The notes below the pieces were generated by a model. That model was not told where the DNA came from, searched no databases, and saw only the letters and a list, made by a program, of their open reading frames with translations. A stretch of 63,962 bases of DNA, the filler included, from Reclinomonas americana ATCC 50394 (lineage: Eukaryota), in NCBI GenBank assembly GCA_048213135.1. It is 4 parts of 2 records of this genome, joined end to end, with 100 filler letters (N's around TTAATTAATTAA, not from the genome) between each part and the next. Parts side by side here need not be neighbours in the genome. Positions count along the whole stretch, not along the records: positions 1 to 25,672 come from PS015095.1; 3 more parts are not named here. One strand, written 5' to 3'. Below are positions 1 through 11,653 of this stretch, in pieces (the first letter of the stretch is position 1; each line of letters opens with the position of its first letter). The position numbers and the translations under genes are program-made.

Positions 1-421
1 ATCGCCACCACCACCACCACCGCAGCCGCCAGTGCAAGTGGTCGACATGGCCGAGGTTCGCCGCGTGCTGCAGGACTTTGTCGCCACGGGCGATGAGGCC
101 GAGGCGACACGCGATTTTGTGGCCGCCATTGGTGGTGGTGGTGGTCATGGCACCTTGACCAACGGCGTGACGGCGCTGATTGGCAGTGCGGTGGCGGCGC
201 GTGGTGACGGCGAGCGGCGGGCACTGACGACTCTGTTGGGCCACTGGCTGTCGACGGGCACGGTGACCGAGGAGGCGCTGCGCTCGTCGCTGCGTGTGTT
301 TGCCAGCGAGGCCACGGAGAGTGGACTGTGGGAGGACTGCCCGAAGCTCGCGACCTGGCTGGGGGAGATGTTTGTGTGCGTCGGCGGAGCGGAGGTGGTG
401 CGTGCGTCGTTGGTGCAGTGA
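1..421 (+). CDS. MA3 (MI) domain protein, eIF4G/PDCD4-like, 3' fragment
   Basis: Open frame runs from the window edge to TGA at 419-421. VLQDFVATGDEAEA...ERRALTTLLGHWL..G.VT...WEDCPKLATWLGEM fits the MA3 helical pattern (EY..GD..EA; DL..D.PK...LA.F). Confidence 0.65.
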   Translation, partial: SPPPPPPQPPVQVVDMAEVRRVLQDFVATGDEAEATRDFVAAIGGGGGHGTLTNGVTALIGSAVAARGDGERRALTTLLGHWLSTGTVTEEALRSSLRVFASEATESGLWEDCPKLATWLGEMFVCVGGAEVVRASLVQ

Positions 422-1263
422 GTTCACTTGAGAGAGATATCGATAGAGAGATGTGTAATTGCTTGTACATTTTTTCTTTGTTTTTTTGTTAATGAATGGT
501 GATGTATAATGAGGGAGATGAAGGGCCGAAGGCCGCGCGTTATGACTCATGGAGGAGAGAGAATCATGATATAATAGGTGCGCACCGAACGCGATTGCAA
601 CTTGTCCGTTCAAGTCGGAGAAATGCTCGTGCACGTCCTCTCATCGCTCAACCCAGTTGAGCATCAGCAGAGCATGCACCGTTCTTCGGCCATTTACTCG
701 TAGATCTGCATTTGGAGAGCAGAAAGGGTTCGATACACGAAGAACAGCAATCCGGACTTGTGGACGATATTGTGGTTGCTGTACAGTTGTCAGGATGCTG
801 CTATCTGCAATGGGCGCAGTGGCGATTGCAAGCTGGCTGCTGGAGGATGCGTCGGGTGCGCTCCAGCGTTCCAAAGCACGAGGCACTGTTCGCTTTGGCT
901 GTTTTGGTGGTTTGCTTGCATGTATCAGTGCTGCTGTTTCTGCATGTTGCAATGGCTGACACGCTCATGATGTCAAGCAGATCGTATAAGATTGGTGTCT
1001 GTGTTGATGTTTTGGATACGGTTGAACTTGGTCATCAAGACAGCTGTTGCTTGTTTGTTGGTGAATGAATTGTTGTTGTTGTTGTTGCCGGTATTACTTT
1101 GCTCGTGGCCGGCTGGCTGAGGTCACTTCGCGCCCGGTCCGGCGACAAACCCGCCACTCCGATAGAGAGAAAGAGAGAGTGTGGGACACCACCTGCTGCT
1201 GTCGACGGATTAATCGATGATGGATGGTGGACTCGACCTCGATTGATGGGAGGCACCACACAC

Positions 1264-1560
1264 TCCAGGTGGTAGTACTTGTCCAGACGCAGGTGGTCCA
1301 GTCGCGGCCACTCGCGCTGCATGGTCAGCATGAAAGTCTCCGCAAAGCGCATGGTCAACTCCATTGTCGGGAATGCGCGCATCAGCTGGCCATGGGCCAT
1401 GCGCTGGGCGAGCTCGCGCTGGACGGGGACTCCGTCGGAGAACCACATGGCTGAGGGGAGGTGAGAAGGTGAGAAGAGGAAAGAGGAAGAGGAGAATGAG
1501 AGGAGAGAACTCACCATAAAAGAGGCCCTTCCAGATGACCAGCATCTCGGCGTCGGTCAT
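1264..1560 (-). pseudogene. RRP1: RRP1/Nop52 family fragment (two exons)
   Basis: MLVIWKGLFY|AMWFSDGVPVQ...FMLTMQREWPRLDHLRLDKYY matches the Nop52 motifs WKGLFY.MW.SD and REW..ID..RLDK. A GT-AG intron joins the motifs in frame. No flanking Nop52 exons were recognised. Confidence 0.7.
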
Positions 1561-1920
1561 CGACCAGTCAGTGTTCACAGAACACTTCAGAATCTTGCTT
1601 CTTCACTCACGCACACCTCGATAGGGTGGGGGACTCTGCAGAGGCCGACAAGGGGTGGGGGACGCCGCGGAGCGGCGGAAAAAGGGTGGGGGTTAAGTCG
1701 GCGCGGCGGGACAGAGCGGCTAGAATTCGAATCTGCTCTCATGTGAATGCTGCAGTCCACATGGTCACTGACTCTCCTCGAACTCCTTCAACATTTTCAA
1801 CTCGTGCTCGTCTGGCTCGTGCGCAGCAGCCAGCAACTGATAGTGCTCCAAAGCCACTGCGTTATGGACTAACAAAGAGGTGTGAGCAACCATGACAAAA
1901 TGAGTGTCCTCAATGTGAAC

Positions 1921-2403
1921 TCAACTCAGCTGCGGCAGCTGTCCGAAGAAGCTGGCATCGTCGCTACACTGGCCAGCGGCACCCTCCACAAGCTGGTCCG
2001 CGATCCGTTTGCAGAGCGGGTTCAGTTTTTCCCACAAAGACTCAAGAAAGCAGTTCATCTTGGACAACTGGTCGTCGAGTTCGTCGCGCGAGGACCGTTT
2101 CTCGGCGAACTCAGCCACCCGCTGGTGCGATCGCTCACGAAGAAGTGTGACTTGGGTCTTCATGGCTGAAATGAGCTGGTGCGCGGTTGCCGCAGCGAAT
2201 GAGGTTGGTGACAAGGGGGACGTCGCGGGTGAGGATGCGTCCGAGACCGATGATGCGGCAACCGGGGCGGTGCCCACAGCGCTGGACGGAGCGGCAGACG
2301 ACAAACCAGCCGTCAGATCGTCACAGCCAGATTCATCACCACGCGGCGACTCGACCTCGTGTGCACCGTACATGAGATGGCCCATGATCAGCTGGTACAT
2401 CAT
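1921..2403 (-). CDS. hypothetical coiled-coil protein
   Basis: Intronless ORF with an S/A/P linker followed by a heptad-like helix (MKTQVTLLRERSHQRVAEFAEK...LDDQLSKM). No family recognised. Confidence 0.35.
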   Translation of the reverse strand: MMYQLIMGHLMYGAHEVESPRGDESGCDDLTAGLSSAAPSSAVGTAPVAASSVSDASSPATSPLSPTSFAAATAHQLISAMKTQVTLLRERSHQRVAEFAEKRSSRDELDDQLSKMNCFLESLWEKLNPLCKRIADQLVEGAAGQCSDDASFFGQLPQLS

Positions 2404-2977
2404 ATCCTCCGGATCCGTCAGAGACGTTGTTGGAAGGGCGGCAGGCGGCTCGACCGCAATGAAAGCACTGACAAAGCGCCGAATCTGTTCGCAACACACT
2501 CCTGAGAAACCCGTCTGATAACAGATGGCTCTGACAATACAAACCACTCGCTTAAATTTGGTGCCCTGGCGAGATCGACGAGCGTTGAGTGGACACGGCG
2601 CAAAGTGAAGATGGCACACAGGCCCAAATTAGACTCACCTCGCACAAATAACTGCGGATCACCGACATGCCTGGAGACGAAAGAGCGGCGAACTCGCGTG
2701 AGGAGTGCTGAGTACCAGCAGGGAGGAGGTGAGTGTTGGAATGGAAATCCCCGGCGCCATTCGCACACACCACATCGTCTGTCATCGCTCTGTTCCGCCG
2801 GACGGTGTCTCACGAAGCACTTGCTGGTGCGGTTTGTGGCGATGTGGATACTTGACGAGGTTTGCGTGGGGACGTGAGAGGAGAGCTGTGAGAATTTCAC
2901 GCGCGAGCATAGACTAAGACAACGAAAGTCAACTTCGTCGATTTGTGATATGAGTTAATTCATTTTTTCCTTTTTCA

Positions 2978-4963
2978 ATGCTTCTCTTGCGACCACTTGC
3001 CACCCTCGGCGCACCATCCACCGCCACTCTCCTCTTCACCAGCCGCACATTGCTCTTCCCCGCACCTGCGCTGCAGCAGCGAGGAATGGCGTACGGCACT
3101 CGCATTCTCGATCACTACAAGGTTTTGCTCTCTCTCTCACTCTCCACTCAACACGCCTCCCCTGCTTCAATGAGCACACTCACACTCTCTTTCTTTCTTT
3201 CTCCCAACACACAGAACCCGAGGAATGTGGGGTGAGCAGCAACGCGAGAGAGAGAGTGATGTGCAACATCGTCACTGTGACGCACACACGCGCGCGCTCA
3301 CCCTTGTCTCTCTGTGTGTGTTCGTCGCAGCTCGTTCGACAAGGATGATCCTTCGGTTGGCACGGCCTTGGTCGGCGCACCGGTGCGTGCGCCAATCTGT
3401 CTTTGCTGCTTTGTTTATGGTGACTGACTTTGTGTGCAGGCGTGTGGTGATGTGGTGCGTGTGCACAGAGAGGGAGAGAGAGAGAGAGAGCGTGTGTGTA
3501 TGTGTGCTCACTGTCTGTGCAGATGAAGCTGCAGATCAAGGTCAATCCGGAGACGGGAGTGATTGAGGACTCGTGCTTCAAGGTGAGAGTGAGAGGGAGG
3601 GAGGGAGAAGGAGAGTGAGAGTGAGAGAAACGTGTGTGTGAGAGAGAGAGAGAGAGTGCGACGGAGATCGATGAAGGAGAGAGTCGGAGGTTGGCGGAGA
3701 ATGCCTGATTGCGACTCGTTTGTGCCTCGTTGACCTTCTGCGTCTCTTGTTTCGCTGGGGTCTGTTGCCTGTGTGTGTGCGATGAGATTCATTCGCGTAT
3801 TGGTCGCTATTGCAATTGCCGTGCTGTCTTTTGAGATTGCGCTTCTTGTGCTGTCTGTTTTGTTTCCCTGTGTTGCTTGTTTGCTCACCGACATCGCTCG
3901 ATGTTCTGGTGTGGTCACTCTGGTACATTTCTTCGGCAGAGTGAACGTCGGGGTTTCGTTTACGGCTGTCGCTGAGTTTTTATGTCTTTCATCTCTCATC
4001 ACACGCCGGCTTCTCACTGTGGTGCTCTCCCTCATTCCTTCTCCCTTGAATATCTCAACGTGCTCCTCGCACGCTGGCTTCGCGTTGTGGTGCTTCTCCG
4101 TCCTCCCTGTTGTCTCCCCTTCGATGTGTCTCGCCATCTCTTCTTACCCGTCGTGATGCTTCTCCGTCAACATTGTCGTCTCCCACATCACGCTGTATCA
4201 TCATCTCCTCACCTCTCATCGCACGCCGGCTTCTCACTGTGGTGCTTTCCTTCATTTCGTCTCCCTTGAATATCTCCACATGCTGGCTTCGCGTTGTAGT
4301 GCTTCTCCAATGTCGCCATCTCCATGAACATACGTACATGGTCCCCGCATGCCGGTTGTGCTTTAACTTCAGTGCCGTGGCCTTCGTGTTCTCGATGTAA
4401 TATCTCTGCATCCTCGTCACACGCCAATGACACTTCTCCTTCATCCATTGTGTCTTCTGTTCGTCGTGTCATCCCTGCTCGACGCACGTCGTTGATGCTT
4501 ATCCTTCATCACTGCTGCCTTCCCCTTGCCCGTTGTACCTCCTCCATCTTCTCGTCGCACACTGTTGATGCTATCGTTGTCTTTTTATGCTGTGTCGCTT
4601 CTCTTTCTTCCATTACCGTCACGCTCTGCACTTAATTCACCCCTTTCCTCTCCATGCAGACCTTCGGCTGCGGCAGCGCCATCGCCTCCAGCTCCCTCGC
4701 CACCACCTGGGTCAAGGGCAAGACCGTCGACGAAGTACTCGCCATCAAAGTGCGTCCGCCCTTCTCCTCTCTCCTTCCTTCCACATCCACCCCCCCTCAC
4801 CCTCTCACAACACATCCACCCTTAGAACTCCGACATTGCCCGACATCTGTCACTGCCACCGGTCAAGCTGCACTGCTCAATGCTGGCCGAGGACGCCATC
4901 AAGGCCGCCGTGTACGACTACAAGAAGAAGCACAACACACCCGAGGAGAATAGTGCACAGTGA
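2978..4963 (+). CDS. ISCU: mitochondrial Fe-S cluster scaffold IscU/Isu1 (7 exons)
   Basis: Spliced product: presequence + YGTRILDHYKNPRNVGSFD...VGAPACGDVMKLQIKV...FKTFGCGSAIASSS...LSLPPVKLHCSMLAEDAIKAA. All three Cys ligands and LPPVK are present, with six GT-AG introns in phase. Confidence 0.97.
3992..4308. repeat. imperfect direct repeat of about 100 bp (two copies about 220 bp apart) in the long IscU intron
   Basis: ctctcatc(a/g)cacgccggcttctcactgtggtgct...ctcccttgaatatctc...gctggcttcgcgttgt.gtgcttctcc occurs at about 3992 and about 4213. Confidence 0.85.
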
Positions 4964-5733
4964 GCGCTCTGTGCATCCCTTGTGTATGTGAATGTGCGAG
5001 TGCTTGTAAATATATGTGTGTGCCTTGCATGTCGTAGTCGTCGTCGCCGTACGCCTCGTAGCACTCTACTTGCGCCACATACCATCCACCGGCGACTGCC
5101 GCGGCTGCCGAGGGCGAGGGAGCGATGTGCTGTATTGTGTTTTTTGGTCAGTGTCGGGCGACTGCTCCCCTTGGCTCTACGCTGGCCGAGGACGCCATCA
5201 AGGCCGCCGTGTATGACTACAAGAAGAAGCACAACACACCCGAGGAGAATAGTGCACAGTGAGCGCTCTGTGCATCCCTTGTGTATGTGAATGTGCGAGT
5301 GCTTGTAAATATATGTGTGTTCCTTGCATGTCGTACTTCGTCGTCGCCGTACGCCTCGTAGCACTCTACTTGCGCCACATACAATCCACCGGCGACTACC
5401 GCGGCTGCCGAGGGAGCGATGTGCTGTATTGTGTTTTTTGGTCAGTGTCGGGCGACTGCTCCCCTTGGCTCTACGCTGGCCGAGGACGCCATCAAGGCCG
5501 CCGTGTATGACTACAAGAAGAAGCACAACACACCCGAGGAGAATTGCACAGTGAGCGCCGTGCATCCCTTATGAGAGTGCTTGTAAATATATGTGTGTGT
5601 GCCTTGCATGTCGTACATTAATCATCATCGTCTTCCTCAAAGTCGTCGTCGCCGTACGCCTCGTAGCACTCTACTTGCGCCACATACAATCCACCGGCGA
5701 CTGCCGCGGCCGCCGAGGGAGCGATGCGCTGTT
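4882..5733 (+). repeat. tandem triplication (units of about 299, 294 and 260 bp) of the IscU 3' coding end plus downstream DNA
   Basis: gctggccgaggacgccatcaaggccgccgtgta.gactacaagaag recurs at 4882, 5181 and 5475. The units are near-identical with small indels. Confidence 0.95.
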
Positions 5734-8700
5734 TCATGTGGTCAGTGCTGGTGAGTGAACATGAAACGACCGGCGACCGCGCACCTTGGCCAAGTGCGGC
5801 ATCAACTTGCGCTCGCCGGGCGCCAGCGTCTCACTGTGAGGTCCTTTGATTTGCCCGCCGACACTGATAATGGCGTTGATGGATCGCGAGTAGTCCACCA
5901 TGACTTTCTGCAGTGTGGAGTGAGCGCGTGGAAGATGAGCCATTTTCAACACCGGCACCACCGCACCTTGGCGTGTTTCGAGTCGTTGCACAGCAGATAG
6001 CTGTTTGTAATGGCATCACTGTGGCGACCAGGAAAATAATGAGAAGGGCGATGGAAGACAACAAGGCTGCTGCGATAAACCAACCGCGAATGATAGTGAT
6101 ACATGCGCACGTCTTGCACGCTGTCACTGCCGCGCTGCGCCACCAGCGCCACCCATGCGTGCTCGAGAACCGCCGATGAATCCTCCACGCTANNNNNNNN
6201 NNNNNNNNNNNNNNNNNNNNNNNNNNNNNNNNNNNNNNNNNNNNNNNNNNNNNNNNNNNNNNNNNNNNNNNNNNNNNNNNNNNNNNNNNNNNNNNNNNNN
6301 NNNNNNNNNNNNNNNNNNNNNNNNNNNNNNNNNNNNNNNNNNNNNNNNNNNNNNNNNNNNNNNNNNNNNNNNNNNNNNNNNNNNNNNNNNNNNNNNNNNN
6401 NNNNNNNNNNNNNNNNNNNNNNNNNNNNNNNNNNNNNNNNNNNNNNNNNNNNNNNNNNNNNNNNNNNNNNNNNNNNNNNNNNNNNNNNNNNNNNNNNNNN
6501 NNNNNNNNNNNNNNNNNNNNNNNNNNNNNNNNNNNNNNNNNNNNNNNNNNNTTCACGGGCGATGGCATTAGCGCGTACACGAGGAAAACCGGCAGCCTGA
6601 CTGCCACTGATTTTGTCGCGTACCTGGAGAAGCAGCAAGACGAGCCGGTGCGAGCGCTGACACGCACTCTTGGCTACAATCAGGAGCTGCGACTCGTGGG
6701 TCGATGTCCGTTCGCCGTGTCTGTGCACTGGCAGCCGATCATCACGGAGGAGCAGAGCCGATTGGAGGCATTGCTGGAGCTGCTCACTGGAGCGACTTCG
6801 GCGGCCGCCAGCGCACAGCCCAGTGCACAGCCTTCGGCCCCAGCGACGGCACGTCCCACTGGCACCAACGGTCCGGCTCCTCGTCGTCGCGGCAGTCACT
6901 CGGAGGCCGCCGCGCAGCCTTCCGCCGCCGCCGCCGCCGCCGAGCGACGACAGCGTGGATCCATGTCGAATCCGAAGCCAGCCTCCATGGCCCTGGCCGA
7001 GAAGGTGGCGCCAGCGCTTCGCAACCGTGCGGCGGCGCCGGTACGTGGCGAAAAGAAGACGGACAAGAGACAACCGGCGCGCGGTGCGGCTGCTGCTCCG
7101 GCTGCTGCTTCGGGACGCAAGCCGTCCACGACATCGACAGCCACCACCCGTTCGGCGGCTCCCAAGTCGAAGCGTGCCACCGCCACCGCCGCCGCCGCAG
7201 TTGCAACTGGTGGCGGTAAGAGGGGCAAGCCGGCAGCGGCGGCAGCGGCAGCAGCCAATGCCGACCGCGACGCTGACGCCGACCACGACGAGAAGGGAGA
7301 GGCCGACGATGCAGATGGTGACGATGTGGATCGATTCGAGGAGCTGTCTTCCTCGTCGTCGTCGTCCTCGAGTGGCGACGACGAAGACGGCGAGGCTGCC
7401 AAGGCGGCAGCAGCGGAGGCGGCTGTGGCGGCGGAGAGTGAGGCGGTGGCCGAGTGGAGCACCGATGTGACGATGGAGGAGATGCTGCGTGGTGTGCGTG
7501 AGGGACCTGGAGGCGCGATGCGTGCAAGTGCGTGCGAATTGCGNNNNNNNNNNNNNNNNNNNNNNNNNNNNNNNNNNNNNNNNNNNNNNNNNNNNNNNNN
7601 NNNNNNNNNNNNNNNNNNNNNNNNNNNNNNNNNNNNNNNNNNNNNNNNNNNNNNNNNNNNNNNNNNNNNNNNNNNNNNNNNNNNNNNNNNNNNNNNNNNN
7701 NNNNNNNNNNNNNNNNNNNNNNNNNNNNNNNNNNNNNNNNNNNTAGGCGCGAGCACATGGAACCACCGCGTTCCGCCAACAGCGTTCGTAACGTCGCCAA
7801 CTCTTGTTCCGTCAGCTGCTCGTTGCTATCGGCGTCCGCCGTCCAGAATATCTCCTGTGTGATTGCAGCATGGATCAGTCTCAAAACACACACGCACACA
7901 TAAAACTACAGCAGTACCTGAGCCGCGGCGATTGCCCTCCTCGCCAGACTCTCTCCGCCCTTGCGACGCAGTGCCGCCGGCTCCCCGTCTCCATCGTCCT
8001 CGCTCGATGTTCGCGAACCGAGTAGGCAGCCAGTAGTTCTGCACCCCGCTTGTGAGAAGGGTGGGGCGAGCACCAGACGAGAGCGTGCACGCAACATGGG
8101 AACCACGAGGTACGCTCCGGGCTCCAGAATCGCCTCCACCGGCGCAGCATCGTGTGCCCGGCGCAAACCCGACTCGGCCACCACCGTCAGCTGTCCACCC
8201 GGTGCGTCTCCCTTGCGCAACACCAGCACACCGGCGTCGACAGCTGGCTGACTGCTGTCGAATTGCGTCATGGAGACCACCACGTGGCTGCGCTGCGTCA
8301 CGTTGAGAGTGTACGATGTGGTGGTGACCGGCGTGCTGAGTCCGCTGCCCGGGTGCATGAGAGTAAAGGCGCCTTTTACGCGCGCTTCCGACCAATCGCG
8401 GTAACTACAATCCAAACAAAAGAAGCGGTATGTGAGATGACAGAATCTGCGCACCCCATGCACGAGCAAACAAACCGACAGATGGCACAGTGCGCAAAGT
8501 ACTTGACGAAATCCGCAAAACTCATGTACCACTCGCCCCGTTTCTCGTCGGCCTCGCGAAACTTGGATCGCGACTGCGCTGTCCATCTGCAACACAGGTG
8601 AGACAAGTCCATGCAGCAGAACGTCAACCAATAGCAATCACACCTGTGCGAGCGGTGCGACCAGTCGCCCCTCCTACAACCACCACAGTGAGCGACACAA

Positions 8701-10728
8701 GAGCCGAAATTCACGGGGGCGGCGTGCACACAACACAACACGACGCACCAGTTGACTTCACCAGTCGGGTTGCGCATGAGCACCAGACGCGTGCCGCACT
8801 CGTGAAACGCACCCAGAACCATGTACGGTCGTCCGCATACCAGACCGTACGCACTCTCCAGCACCGGACTGCCAGCCGATGCACCGGCCGTTCGTCGTGA
8901 ACGCGCTTGTGCGTCGCGTGTGATGGCTGCACAACAAACGAAAGAGAAGCACATGCATGAGGAGGAAGAGGAGAAAACCGTATCGCAAAGCACGCCCACA
9001 GCGCACCAGTGCCAAAGTCCTTGCTATCGGCGACGCTGCGCAGGGTCTTCCATATTCTCTTGGTGGCCTCGTCGTCGCCCACGGTCGCATTGCGGATTTC
9101 GAGCTCATCCACCGGGAGGCCAGTGAGCGCTCGCAGAATGTCCACCACCGAGGCCTCGTGCAACTGTGAAGGGATTGTCAGCGACAATGCAGTGGCATGA
9201 CCTCCACAAGAGCGCATCACATACCTTGGCATAGGAGCCAAACAGCTTGGCCAGAGCTCTGCAGTGACGACAAGCAGAGTGATTAACCACCAGCCGCAAT
9301 ACGCATCACAATGGCCACAAGAGACAACACTCACTTTTCCAACAGCAACACCCACAACGCGCCACTCGCCGGCGGCTCCGTAAACACCATCTCTCCACTC
9401 CGATAACAAGGAATGTAATCATCCACCGTAAAACATCGCCACACACCATTGTCGACGAGAGCCAGCTGCGGGAGCACAAGGTGCGTTAGCCACAATTGCC
9501 ACGCACGCATCACTCATGAGCGCAGAAACGTACTCTGTACACGCCCGCGTCGTCAACATGTCGTGTCAAAAATATGCGCTGCAGCAGCGCTGGTCGGTCC
9601 ACCAGGGTGGCCACCGCAAACTGATGCACGAGGAAGAAAGTGAGCGTGCTCTCCCATCGACAATCCACGGCACGACCTCACACGCACCAAAAACGCCGAC
9701 GTCCTCCCGTGCACGGCATCGGCCAGCAGAGGCCCGTGCGACTGGAACAGCACAATGCTGTCGCTGCGCACGGCGTGATCCAGCTTTGGTCGTCCAATCA
9801 GGTGCCACGGTCTGTGCATCCACCACATGTGGGTGAGCATTTGTCGCCATGCATGACCGCCCCCGTCCTCCTTCACTCACCTCCTCCAGTACACCCGAGC
9901 GGCATCGTCGAGCACCACCGCGTCCTGATCGACGCCCACCGCAGACGTGGCACCACTGGCCCCATCGACTCGCCGCTGCTCCGCCGCCCACTTGCCACCC
10001 ACCGACGCCAGCTGCGGCGGAAACTCCAAATCAAAGAACGGGAAGCCATTCATATCCGAGAGCACCGCCTCACGCAGCGCATCCAGCGGCATGTGCGCCA
10101 CCGCAAGCGACGAGAGCACACGACGTGCAGCCCGCTTGTGCGACGCCACCGACATGTCAAACAGACGCTGCAGATCGACTTCTCCTTCACCACCAGTAGT
10201 CGTCGTCGTGGTGACTCCCTCGCCATTGCCACCACCGACGCGCTCCAGTGCCAGCGGCAGCATAGGTCGACAGTCGACAGCCAAGTGAAACACGGTGGCC
10301 GCCTGCCTGCTGATCGCCCGCAACTCGGCCGCCACAATCAGTGCACCCGCGGGCAGGTGCACAGTGAGTGGTGCGGCACACGACGTGCGGTTGACCGACA
10401 GGTTGCGGCATTGCGAAAAGTCGAGGCGCAGAGTGACGGGAAAGGCGGCCAGCGATTCGGCCTCCTGTGTGAACCGTCAACACACACACACACACACAAA
10501 ACACAACAATGTGGTCACTGTGACACGAACCCACACGTGCACTGCGGAGCCCGCAGAGGTGCCGGTTGCGTTACTGCGACTACGATCGTGTCTGTGTGCG
10601 TGTGAGAGAGAAGGAGAAGAGAGAGACAAGGAGTTTTTTCGACAGAAAAAAGACCGTTTTATGCGGCGGAGTCGCACGAGTCCGGGCATGAGGCGCTCCT
10701 CCACCACATGGCCACTGTCGGACGCCAT
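5734..10728 (-). CDS. calpain-like protein (degenerate CysPc + domain III + EF-hand/EFCAB7-like C-terminus), multi-exon, interrupted by gaps
   Basis: Motifs seen: PFFDLEFPP, NGVWRCFTVDDYIPC, LWVLLLEKALAKLFGSYA, LRALTGLP, GLVCGRPY...RLVLMRNPTG..NWRGDWS, GEWYMSFADFVKYF, LEPGAYLVVP, EF-hand DADSNEQLTEQEL and terminal VDYSRSINAIIS...LAPGERKLMPHL. The start codon is tentative. Confidence 0.8.
6552..7491 (+). CDS. coding exon, probably part of the flanking calpain-like gene but in opposite orientation
   Basis: Gap-bounded open frame GSLTATDFVAYL...TLGYNQELRLVGRCPFAVSVH, then A/D/E/S low complexity, ending near a gtgtgcgt donor. The GYN..L....CPF motif follows the EF-hand in EFCAB7-like proteins. 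Confidence 0.6.
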
Positions 10729-10863
10729 TGGGCGACACACAAATTCGACTCGGAAGTGCACACGCTTGCCTCCAACGACAAAAAACTTCCGACACGAACT
10801 TCGACGAGCGGCAACCGGACAAAGAGGACAACTTCCTGTACAGAAACGCACGCAGAAACGCCA

Positions 10864-11424
10864 ATGACGACATTGCCTGCTGCGGATGTGCCTCTCAACG
10901 ACTTGAGCGACGAGATGGAGGATGAGCAGGTTGGTGCTCTCGCAAAACATGAATCGTCTCTCGTCCACGCACACGCACACGTACTCACGTGCATGCATCC
11001 CAGGACGACGAGTTCGAAGATGGCTGCTACAGTTTCGTCGCGTGCTTGCTTGTGGCGTGTGTGCATCGATGTGACTCTGAACTTGTGTTTGCAGTGACGG
11101 CTCTGGAGAGGCAGACTGCGACGGAAATCCAGCAGCTGACGCGCGCGCACACTGTCGGCGGCAAGGTGGTAACGCCTGCACAATTGAATAACGAACAGTG
11201 GGAGAACATGGCGAGTCGGCTGAAGGAGGTGAAGGCCATCATCAAGGCCGATGCTGTCGAGGGGCATGCGCAGATGATGACTGTCAACGGTACGCAGCGC
11301 TTGTGTTCCCATCAACGGCCAGTGCGCTCTTGGTCTCAACACGTGCTACCTGTGCGCAGAACAACATGCATACCTGTCTCTGCGTTTCATTCTGGCCATG
11401 CTGCTGGCCGATTACTCATTGTAA
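10864..11424 (+). CDS. small hypothetical protein (4 exons)
   Basis: Three phase-consistent GT-AG introns give MTTLPAADVPLNDLSDEMEDEQDDEFEDGCYMTALERQ...EQHAYLSLRFILAMLLADYSL*. Confidence 0.55.
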
Positions 11425-11653
11425 TCGATTCGATTTCAAGATCGATTACATCGGAAACAACATGCGGACCGCTGATAGAAACAACCGGGGTCCTGCAGCG
11501 TCTCACGCCACGCCACGACCGTACGAAGCATCTGCGACCCTGGAGTTTTCAATGGACGTCAATTGATGGACCATGTGACACCCATCATCTCAACTGCTCC
11601 TCACTTGGCGTGCGCGCTCCTGCCCTCTTCCACCACTCGGCGTGCGTCCACTC

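Noticed and set aside
641-1068. Overlapping short ORFs on both strands
   Set aside because: No recognisable motif, codon bias or splice structure. Treated as intergenic.
4882-5733. Tandem array as CRISPR or mobile element
   Set aside because: The units are about 300 bp copies of the IscU 3' end, with no unique spacers, terminal repeats or transposase.
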